From the NCBI GenBank assembly GCA_964417925.1, contig CAYQJV010000006.1:2232-66231 (forward strand): a DNA stretch of 64,000 nucleotides. The letters run 5' to 3'. The position numbers were made by a program, and so were the translations under genes. The DNA comes from an uncultured bacterium. GTDB taxonomy: Bacteria > Hydrothermota > Tepidihabitantia > B3-TA06 > CAYQJV01. Position 1 is the first letter of the stretch. Each line of letters opens with the position of its first letter. Shown here one piece after another: positions 56,435 through 64,000 of this stretch. The notes under the pieces are model-generated. The model was not told the DNA's origin, did no database searches, and saw only the letters and a program-made list of their open reading frames with translations.

Positions 56435-58117
56435 ATTCCAGAACTAAATGCTCTTTTTAAAAAACTCGCCTCTGTATGTAATGATGCAGTCGTAATTATA
56501 CAGGACAGCAAAATAAAATATATAAATAAAAAAGGAAAACAACTCGTCCAATACGAAAGGGAGGAAATTTTAGAAAAACCCTTTTATGAATTTGTAGCAG
56601 AGAGATATAAAAAAACGGTAATAAAGAGATTTCAAGAAAGAATGGGAGGGAAATATCCTCCCACTAATTACGTAATCAAGGTAAAAACAAAATATAAAGG
56701 GGATATTCCTGTGGAAGTGAAGGTAAAAAGAGTAACTTATAAAGATAAACCTGCGGTACTGGTATATCTTAGAGACTTAAGTGAAAAATATGAAAGAGAA
56801 AGAGTAGAACGTGCGATTAATAGAGTTGAAAAACTCTTTTCAAAACTCTATGTCTTTAACTTAGAAGAACTTGCAAGAAAAATAAGGAAAATAATGGAGG
56901 AAACTTTACACCTCAGGAATCCATATGTTTATATAAAAACAGACCATGGAAGCGTTGAAAAAGGAGAAAGAACTCAAAATGTGTTAAGTGGTGCGAATAT
57001 AGAAATTTCTTATCCTAAAGGATATTCAAAATTCTATGCAAAAATGTGGCTTCATTGTTTAGATAATTTTATAACAAGGATTTCCGCGTGTAGATACTGG
57101 GGTAGTTTTTACAAAGCCATGTTAAAAGTGCCGGAGAAGCTGTATTTTTTTAATCAAAAGGATACCAATGCATTACTGGAATCAATAGCCTCAAACCTCC
57201 TTGAGAATCTCAACATAAATGGGATTTCAATCATCATTAAATTTGATGAAAAAAGTATTGAAATTCACAGAGGGATAACGGAAAAGATAGACCTTTTTGA
57301 AAAAGTGAGTAAAAATTCTCAAAGAGATGAGGTTATAACGCTTAAAAAAAACAGATATTATGTAACATTAATACCCATCCGCTTTTTAGGAAGAACATAT
57401 GGAGGGGTGGGGATGTGGAGTAAAAACATTCTGGGATCTTTAACAACCAGAACTTTACTGCTTATATCTTCTTATATTTCTTTTGTCTTATTCACTCAAA
57501 AAACTGTAGATGAACTTTTCAAAAGGTTAAGAAACAAAGAAGCACAGGAGGAAAAAATAGCACAGAGTTTCTCTGGACTTGCCCATGACATAAAATCGGA
57601 AATGGCAGGAATATATGGACTTTTATACCTTTTAAAGAATCAACAAGATATTAAAGGAACTTTTGAAAAACTGGAAGAAAAAATAAAAAACCTTGCAGAT
57701 AAATTGGATGTGTTTCTTTTAATCCCCAGGACTAAGAAATTAAGGGAAAAGGAAGAAATTAATACTTCAGAAATTTTTAAAAAAGCTAAGGAAAAAATCT
57801 GTCCAGCTCAGAAAATACAGATAAAAATCAACAAAATGAAGATGTTGCATTCTAAAAGATTGATGGACACAATAGCAAGGGAAATAGTGAAAATAAATTC
57901 TAAAATACTGAATTGCGATCATATGAACATAAAATTGGATGAGAAAGAAAATACATACAAATTTCGTGTAGAAATGCGAAATCCAAAAAAGAATTTAAAA
58001 ATGAGTGATATAGCTCCTCTTAAAACATTAATGTGTGCAATAGGAGGAGAAATGAATGTAAATGAAAAAAAGAATTCAATGGAGATAAATTTATGGATGC
58101 CCAAAAACATAGAGTAA
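56435..58117 (+). CDS. PAS-domain protein with HisKA-like H box and degenerate ATPase domain (start uncertain)
   Basis: Frame is open upstream of ATG 56642 and encodes the PAS N-half (DAVVIIQDSKIKYIN..EEILEKPFYEFV); AHDIKS; no DxGxG. Confidence 0.65.
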   Translation: MPELNALFKKLASVCNDAVVIIQDSKIKYINKKGKQLVQYEREEILEKPFYEFVAERYKKTVIKRFQERMGGKYPPTNYVIKVKTKYKGDIPVEVKVKRVTYKDKPAVLVYLRDLSEKYERERVERAINRVEKLFSKLYVFNLEELARKIRKIMEETLHLRNPYVYIKTDHGSVEKGERTQNVLSGANIEISYPKGYSKFYAKMWLHCLDNFITRISACRYWGSFYKAMLKVPEKLYFFNQKDTNALLESIASNLLENLNINGISIIIKFDEKSIEIHRGITEKIDLFEKVSKNSQRDEVITLKKNRYYVTLIPIRFLGRTYGGVGMWSKNILGSLTTRTLLLISSYISFVLFTQKTVDELFKRLRNKEAQEEKIAQSFSGLAHDIKSEMAGIYGLLYLLKNQQDIKGTFEKLEEKIKNLADKLDVFLLIPRTKKLREKEEINTSEIFKKAKEKICPAQKIQIKINKMKMLHSKRLMDTIAREIVKINSKILNCDHMNIKLDEKENTYKFRVEMRNPKKNLKMSDIAPLKTLMCAIGGEMNVNEKKNSMEINLWMPKNIE

Positions 58118-59541
58118 AAAAAATTCTTGTAGTGGATGATGATCCAGATCATTTCTTCTTTTTGAAAAGTATTTTAGTAAAAAGTGAATTTGAACTGATA
58201 TATGCAAGAACTGGAGAGGAAGCGCTTAAAAAAGCTTCTCAAGCAGAACTCGTTTTACTGGATAGAGATTTTGGAAAGCTATCACAAGATGAATTCTTAG
58301 GCTCTCCTTGGGATTTCAGAAATGAAGGATTTGCAATTCTTGAAAAATTGAAGGCTGAATATCCTTATCTTCCTGTAGTAATGATAACAAGCTATCCGGA
58401 TATTGAATCCACTGAAATCGCTATAAGAAAAGGGGCTGTTGATTATATTGAATGGAGCTCTCTAATGCATAGCGAAGATTATTTTAGGGAGAGGATAAAA
58501 AGAATATTTGAAACATACGGTAAGGAAGAAAGAAAAAGGTTGATTCATAGTTTCAGAAATATAGGAATAATAGGTATAAGTGATGCTATGTATGAGATAT
58601 TTCTATTTATTGAAAAAGTGAAAAATTCTCCTGCTACTGTATTTATCACCGGAGAATCTGGGGTGGGAAAAGAACTTGTAGCAAGAGCAATTCATTTAAG
58701 AGGGGTAAGAAAAGACAAACCTTTTATTAAAGTAAGTTGTGCCAATATTCCTCAAGATTTATTAGAATCAGAACTATTTGGTTACGAGAAAGGAGCATTT
58801 ACAGGAGCGGTTAAAGAAAAACCAGGAAAATTTGAACTTGCCGATGGAGGAGTTATTTTCCTTGATGAAATAGGAGAAATAGGACCCGCTATTCAGGTGA
58901 AGTTATTAAGAGTTCTTGAAGAAAAAGCCTTTGAAAGACTGGGAGGGAAAAAAACAATCCATGTAGATGTAAAGATAATAGCAGCAACCAATAAACCAGT
59001 AGAATCTCTATCAAAGGCAAAGTTTAGAAAGGACCTTCTACACAGACTTAAAGTACTTTCTATCTCCATTCCACCACTACGTTATAGGAGAGAAGATATT
59101 CCTCCTCTCATAGATTACTTTATAGACAAATTTTCCAAGTACTACAATAAAACCATTGAAGGAATAACAAAAGAAGCAAGATTTTATCTTGAAAATCAAA
59201 ACTATGAAGAAGGAAATGTAAGAGAGCTTCAAAATATAATCATAAGAGCTATCCATACCGCTCATAAACTAATCACACTTAAAGATATTGTACCTTCGGA
59301 AAGGGTATGTAAAAAGTTTTATAAAAAAATGTGTCCATTCCTTGAAAAAGGAAGTTGTATACTGGTATCAAACATGAAATTAAAAGATGTGGAAAGAGAA
59401 CTTATATTAAAAAGACTTGAAATGTATCAACAAGATGTTTTAGAAACTGCTTATTCTTTAGGAATAAGTAAAAGTAAGTTGTATATGAAATTAAAAGAGT
59501 ACGGTATAAAACCTCCCAGAAAAAGAAAAAAGGAAGAGTGA
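58093..59541 (+). CDS. Sigma54-dependent response regulator (NtrC family)
   Basis: REC, GESGVGKE, ESELFG, GAFTGA, FLDEIGE, C-terminal HTH LGISKSKLY. Confidence 0.93.
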   Translation: MDAQKHRVKKILVVDDDPDHFFFLKSILVKSEFELIYARTGEEALKKASQAELVLLDRDFGKLSQDEFLGSPWDFRNEGFAILEKLKAEYPYLPVVMITSYPDIESTEIAIRKGAVDYIEWSSLMHSEDYFRERIKRIFETYGKEERKRLIHSFRNIGIIGISDAMYEIFLFIEKVKNSPATVFITGESGVGKELVARAIHLRGVRKDKPFIKVSCANIPQDLLESELFGYEKGAFTGAVKEKPGKFELADGGVIFLDEIGEIGPAIQVKLLRVLEEKAFERLGGKKTIHVDVKIIAATNKPVESLSKAKFRKDLLHRLKVLSISIPPLRYRREDIPPLIDYFIDKFSKYYNKTIEGITKEARFYLENQNYEEGNVRELQNIIIRAIHTAHKLITLKDIVPSERVCKKFYKKMCPFLEKGSCILVSNMKLKDVERELILKRLEMYQQDVLETAYSLGISKSKLYMKLKEYGIKPPRKRKKEE

Positions 59542-60047
59542 TAGAAATATATACAGGGGATGGAAAAGGAAAAACAACGGCAAGTTTTGGCCTTGCAATA
59601 AGAGCAGCAGGACATGGATTAAACGTAAAAATACTACAGTTTTTGAAAAGGAGCGAAACCGGTGAGATAAAATTCTTAAAAAGGTATAACGAAATAAAAG
59701 TATATCAGTTTGGAACAGGAGAATTTGTAAGAAACGGAAAAATTCCACAACATCTCAAAGAAAAAACTAAAGAAGGGTGGAAAATGTTTAAAAAATTCAT
59801 ACAAGATGAAAACACGGATCTTATAATCCTTGACGAATTTACCCACGTTATCAATCTATCCATTCTAAAAAGAGAAGAAGTAATTGATTTTTTTAAAAAT
59901 ATTAAAAATATAGAAAAAGAAATAGTTATCACAGGAAGAAATGCGGATCCATCTCTTATAGAGATTGCAGACCTTGTAACAGAAATGAAGAAAATAAAAC
60001 ATCCCTATGACAAAGGCATTAAGGGAAGAAGAGGAATAGAGTATTAA
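59538..60047 (+). CDS. Cob(I)yrinic acid a,c-diamide adenosyltransferase (CobA/CobO/BtuR)
   Basis: YTGDGKGKTTA, QFLK, ILDE, TGR, ADLVTEM..KHPY. Confidence 0.92.
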   Translation: MIEIYTGDGKGKTTASFGLAIRAAGHGLNVKILQFLKRSETGEIKFLKRYNEIKVYQFGTGEFVRNGKIPQHLKEKTKEGWKMFKKFIQDENTDLIILDEFTHVINLSILKREEVIDFFKNIKNIEKEIVITGRNADPSLIEIADLVTEMKKIKHPYDKGIKGRRGIEY

Positions 60048-60062
60048 GTTACATATGAAGAG

Positions 60063-60509
60063 TTACACATCTTTTACCATTACATAGGCATCCTCTCCAT
60101 TTCTATAATAGTGTTTTCGGGTATATATTATTTTAAAGCCTTCCTTTTTATAAAAGTTAATTGCAGGATGATTTGACACTCTTACCTCAAGATAGATTCT
60201 TTTTACATTTTTTTCAGAAGCTTCAGATATTATCTTCCTCATAAGAAAGCTCCCTATCCTTTTCCTTCTTTCTTCCCGCTTAACTGCGACATTTAAAATG
60301 TGCATTTCATCACCCACAATCCAAGCAATTATATACCCAACTACCTTTTCATCTTTTTTGGCTACATAAAAAAGAGAGACTGGATTTTTCAGTTCATGGT
60401 AAAATATAAACTTGTTCCAAGGATCTTTAAACGATTCTTTTTCTATAGCATAAACTTCTTCAACATCTTTATTCTTTGCCTTTTCTATCACTATACTTTC
60501 TCTCTGCAT
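60063..60509 (-). CDS. rimI: Ribosomal protein S18 alanine N-acetyltransferase
   Basis: HILNVAV, LEVRVSN, RKHYY..GEDAYVM. Confidence 0.9.
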   Translation of the reverse strand: MQRESIVIEKAKNKDVEEVYAIEKESFKDPWNKFIFYHELKNPVSLFYVAKKDEKVVGYIIAWIVGDEMHILNVAVKREERRKRIGSFLMRKIISEASEKNVKRIYLEVRVSNHPAINFYKKEGFKIIYTRKHYYRNGEDAYVMVKDV

Positions 60510-61170
60510 CGGTAACCCGCATGTAAAAAGGTTCTATTGTTACTGGATCATCTATCACTCCTTTTTTTATATATTCTTTGGCAATTTCTGCAACTACAGC
60601 AGAGTAAGGATATAAAAGATAAGGTGTTATTATTTCTACACCTTCTATTTTTTTTAAGCTTTCTTCACATTTCACTACCCCTGGTCCTGCTACATATACC
60701 TTTTCTTTTTTTAAAAAATCCCCTATATATTCTTTTATTTGTTGATATTCTATTATTGCATAATCCCTTATCTTCTCCTTTTTAAAATAAAGCCCTGCGT
60801 AAAGCTGAGTTTTTCCTGCATCCGCAAGAACAAGCGTTAAAGCAGTGATTTTCAAGGATCTACAAATGGCATCCAAAGTATTTACTGTTTTTAAAGGAAG
60901 ACCATAAATAAAAGAAACTGTTTTTGCTACAGCCATTCCTGTCCTGAGAGAGGTAAACATACCAGGACCTGCTGAAACACCTACTCCCTTTACATCTTTT
61001 ATGTTCACATCCATTTCTTTAAAAAGTTCTAAAAGCATGGGAAATAATTTTTCATTGTGATTTGCAGGAGTATAAAGAGAATACTCCCCTACTACTTTTT
61101 TTTCATCAATAAGTGCTATTGAAGAAAACTTAAAGCTGGTTTCTATTCCTAAATAAAATTCTCTATCCAT
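60469..61170 (-). CDS. tsaB: t6A biosynthesis protein TsaB
   Basis: LGIETS, GPGMFTSLRTG, EPFYMR. Confidence 0.9.
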   Translation of the reverse strand: MDREFYLGIETSFKFSSIALIDEKKVVGEYSLYTPANHNEKLFPMLLELFKEMDVNIKDVKGVGVSAGPGMFTSLRTGMAVAKTVSFIYGLPLKTVNTLDAICRSLKITALTLVLADAGKTQLYAGLYFKKEKIRDYAIIEYQQIKEYIGDFLKKEKVYVAGPGVVKCEESLKKIEGVEIITPYLLYPYSAVVAEIAKEYIKKGVIDDPVTIEPFYMRVTDAERKYSDRKGKE

Positions 61171-61577
61171 CCTTTAATAGTAAACCTCCTTTTTGTAGAA
61201 TTTATTATTTCTATCCTTACTTCAATCTTTTGTGGAGGAAGCCACTGTTCTGCTCGATCTGCCCATTCTACAATTGCTATAGCATCTTCTTTTATAAAAT
61301 CTTCAAAATCAATACTTGGTATCTCATCAACGGAAAGTCTAAATAGGTCTATATGATGAACAATTTTTTTATTCTTATAAGTTGCTACTATTGTGAAACT
61401 TGGGCTTTTAACCTCCTCTTCAATACCTATTCCTCGTACAATTCCTTTTACCAGTACTGTCTTACCTGCTCCCAATTCTCCATACAAAGCAACAATGTCA
61501 CCTTCTTTCAACACCTTACCTATTTTTTCTCCCAACTTTTCGGTCTCCGTTGGAGAAGCAGTGTAAATTACTTTCAT
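61149..61577 (-). CDS. tsaE: t6A biosynthesis ATPase TsaE
   Basis: GELGAGKT, SPSFTI, HIDLFRL, VEWA. Confidence 0.93.
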   Translation of the reverse strand: MKVIYTASPTETEKLGEKIGKVLKEGDIVALYGELGAGKTVLVKGIVRGIGIEEEVKSPSFTIVATYKNKKIVHHIDLFRLSVDEIPSIDFEDFIKEDAIAIVEWADRAEQWLPPQKIEVRIEIINSTKRRFTIKGWIENFI

Positions 61578-62323
61578 CGATTCAATCTGTAGAGATGTAT
61601 AAGTCCTTTTATCCCCAGATCAGGATCTATGGCGTCGATAGCTGGAACTAAACCTGCAAGTGTCTCTGCAAGTCCTCCTGTGGCAATAAAGGTAAATTCC
61701 TTTTTTGTTTCTCTTTTAACTGCAGCCTTTACCGATTCTATAAAACCTATACTTAAAAGGTATATTCCTGATCTCATACATTCTTCAGTACTCTGTCCTA
61801 TAAATCTCTCTGGTTTTTTAATCTCTACATCAAAAAGTTTTGACGTTCTTTTTACAAGATTTTCAAAACTTGCCTTTATCCCAGGTGCAATTATACCTCC
61901 AAGATGTTTACCATCTTCTGTAACAAAATCCACAGTAGTTGCTGTGCCGAAGTCTACTATAGCTATATTTTTTCTATACTCATGAAATGCTCCAACTACA
62001 TTTGCAATCCTATCTTCTCCCATCGTTCCTGGAACGCTGTACCCAGGAACTAAACCAGTATTAAGGTCCCAACTAACCCTTAAAGGCTGAGTAATTCCAA
62101 ACTTACCCTTGAGTACCGACTCATACAGAGGATTAAGAGAAGGAACTGCTGAGGCAATCACTGCGTCCTCTAAATGAGTAATTCCAAAAAGCTCAAACAT
62201 GATGTATATCTCATCCTCGGTATAGTTATATCTTGTAGAAAGCGAGAACTTCCTTTTTATTCCTTCATCGTCAAATCCAGCAACTCTCACAGTTGTATTA
62301 CCAATTATTATTGCTACTTTCAT
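61574..62323 (-). CDS. coaX: Type III pantothenate kinase
   Basis: GNT, GEDR, VDFGTATT, GGIIAPG, ATGG; follows birA. Confidence 0.9.
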   Translation of the reverse strand: MKVAIIIGNTTVRVAGFDDEGIKRKFSLSTRYNYTEDEIYIMFELFGITHLEDAVIASAVPSLNPLYESVLKGKFGITQPLRVSWDLNTGLVPGYSVPGTMGEDRIANVVGAFHEYRKNIAIVDFGTATTVDFVTEDGKHLGGIIAPGIKASFENLVKRTSKLFDVEIKKPERFIGQSTEECMRSGIYLLSIGFIESVKAAVKRETKKEFTFIATGGLAETLAGLVPAIDAIDPDLGIKGLIHLYRLNR

Positions 62324-63009
62324 ATTATCTTTACCACCTCCTTTAAATTTATTATAAAAGGTTTACCATGTGTAGAAATTATTACTAAATTTGCATCTTC
62401 ATCTATATCCATAACCTTTCCTACAAACCATCCCGAAGTTGTTTCTATTTTGATCTCTTTATTCCATATATCCATTTTGTTTTTCATATCAGCCAAAAAA
62501 TATTTAAACCCATGTGTTTTAAAAATTTCTATGACTTCTCTAATGGCTTGAATAAGAAGATTAATTATTTCTTCAAGATCATACTTTTTCCCGGTTTCTA
62601 TATACATTGAACTTGCATTTATATAATGAGGGAAATACTCTATATTTACATTCAATCCTATCCCTGCAAGAATTTTATCTTTGTAATATTCTACAAGAAT
62701 ACCACATATCTTACCTGCTTTGCTGTAGACATCATTGGGAGGCTTAATTAAACACTCTATCCCTTCTCTTTCTAAGAAGTTAGAAACTGCAAAAGAAAGA
62801 ACCAGCGGAATCGAAGGATGCACCAAACCATCTGAAGAATCTACATAAGTCATCCATACTCCTCCTGAAGGTGAATACCATTTCCTATTGTATCTTCCTC
62901 TACCTGCAGTTTGTTTATCTGCGATAACTACAAAAGGAGGATTTATGGTAATTCTCTTTGCATGCTCTTGCGTCGAATCTATATCTTCAAAACGTATTAT
63001 GTGCATCAA
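62320..63009 (-). CDS. birA: Biotin--acetyl-CoA-carboxylase ligase (no HTH)
   Basis: DSTQ, QTAGRGR..W.SP, KPPND, KICGIL, GIGLNVN. Confidence 0.92.
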   Translation of the reverse strand: MMHIIRFEDIDSTQEHAKRITINPPFVVIADKQTAGRGRYNRKWYSPSGGVWMTYVDSSDGLVHPSIPLVLSFAVSNFLEREGIECLIKPPNDVYSKAGKICGILVEYYKDKILAGIGLNVNIEYFPHYINASSMYIETGKKYDLEEIINLLIQAIREVIEIFKTHGFKYFLADMKNKMDIWNKEIKIETTSGWFVGKVMDIDEDANLVIISTHGKPFIINLKEVVKII

Positions 63010-64000
63010 ATCTTTTTATAGGCACAAAGAGAGATACATAAGTATGGTTATGGGGATGTTTTAATCTCCAACTTATAGGACCATCCATCTCTATTCCTTC
63101 ATGAATGATAAGTTTAACACCAGAGGCAAAGTTAAATTCAACTGAAAATATAAGCCTCGATTCTTTACTAAACTTATCCTCTACCTCTACTCCATTGTAA
63201 ACTCTTTTCCGCCAACTTATCTGATAGCCCGCCCATACCGTTGTGATTTTGGAAACCCTTCTTATGTATTTTATATGCATACCTTTCCAATCCCTCACAT
63301 AAGAAGAGGTATCGGTACGATGGATCTTTGGAAAAAATGTATATTCAAACAAAAACCTATTCCCCCTTCCTATACCCATTTCAACAAAAGGCTCAATATA
63401 GAGCGCAAACAAAGTATCATAACCTATCTTTTTCTCTGGAATAAAATAATAAAAAATCCTTCTTTCACCAGCATACTGAAACATACATCCTAACCATAAG
63501 TTTTCTAAAGGTGAAACCTCCAATCTTATCCCACCTCTAAGCGAATCAAACTTTTCAGTTCTATAATTCAACGGATTTCTATAGATTCTTGTCCCTTGGG
63601 TAGTAAAGCTATGCTTTATTTTCAATCTTAACCTTTCATTGATTTTACTAATGTATAGCTGAAATCTAAAAGGTATTTGATAATACACCATTAAATCTGG
63701 ACCTGGAGGGGTGAATCTTGAAGCAAAGTTCCTGTCAAAATCTTTAAACCCTATAAAAAATTCAACATAGTTTAACCAGTTCTTTATATATCCTACACCA
63801 AAGCCCACTTCATCACTATATTTATAAAAATAAGGGATAATTTCTAAAAACAACCATAAATTATTAAGTTTCAAGTAAGGCTCTATTCTATGTTCGTAAT
63901 GGTTTATTCCATAATCATCAATTCTTCTATACCTATATCTTGCACCAAAGTTTTTATACATTGGGAATATAAACTTCGCCTCGTATACATCGTACCATTT
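62987..64000 (-). CDS. Hypothetical protein, probable outer-membrane beta-barrel (5'-partial)
   Basis: Frame is open to the window edge; aromatic-rich alternating beta-strand pattern. Confidence 0.55.
   Translation of the reverse strand, partial: KWYDVYEAKFIFPMYKNFGARYRYRRIDDYGINHYEHRIEPYLKLNNLWLFLEIIPYFYKYSDEVGFGVGYIKNWLNYVEFFIGFKDFDRNFASRFTPPGPDLMVYYQIPFRFQLYISKINERLRLKIKHSFTTQGTRIYRNPLNYRTEKFDSLRGGIRLEVSPLENLWLGCMFQYAGERRIFYYFIPEKKIGYDTLFALYIEPFVEMGIGRGNRFLFEYTFFPKIHRTDTSSYVRDWKGMHIKYIRRVSKITTVWAGYQISWRKRVYNGVEVEDKFSKESRLIFSVEFNFASGVKLIIHEGIEMDGPISWRLKHPHNHTYVSLFVPIKRFDAHNTF

Overview
AT-rich, gene-dense bacterial chromosomal segment. The Lys/Glu-rich proteins, several archaeal-type genes, PorV and T9SS-like C-terminal domains suggest a thermophilic diderm such as candidate division WOR-3; this is inference. 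It is mostly housekeeping (two EF-G paralogues, holA, leuS, ileS, dnaX, ybaB, nfo, surE, rarA, gyrB, mazG, tsaBE, rimI, coaX, birA), plus a long-form SRP RNA and tRNA-Asp. It also holds two signalling clusters, a DUF2089/DUF4097 envelope-stress operon, a secreted-protein locus and an archaeal-like block. I saw no CRISPR array, rRNA, transposase or integrase. Main oddities: (1) LeuRS and IleRS both lack the KMSKS lysines (MMSSS, AMHTH). (2) The two EF-Gs are degenerate in complementary ways and each is coupled to signalling genes. (3) A REC-DUF4388-pseudo-small-GTPase fusion. (4) A PAS pseudokinase with no canonical start codon (ATT behind a perfect SD). (5) A succinyl-CoA-synthetase-like beta subunit fused to a ferredoxin domain. 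(6) A T9 frameshift separating a large secreted protein from its C-terminal sorting domain. (7) Many sigma70 promoters with 16-bp spacers, several predicting leaderless mRNAs. All family assignments come from motif recognition by eye, not database searches.
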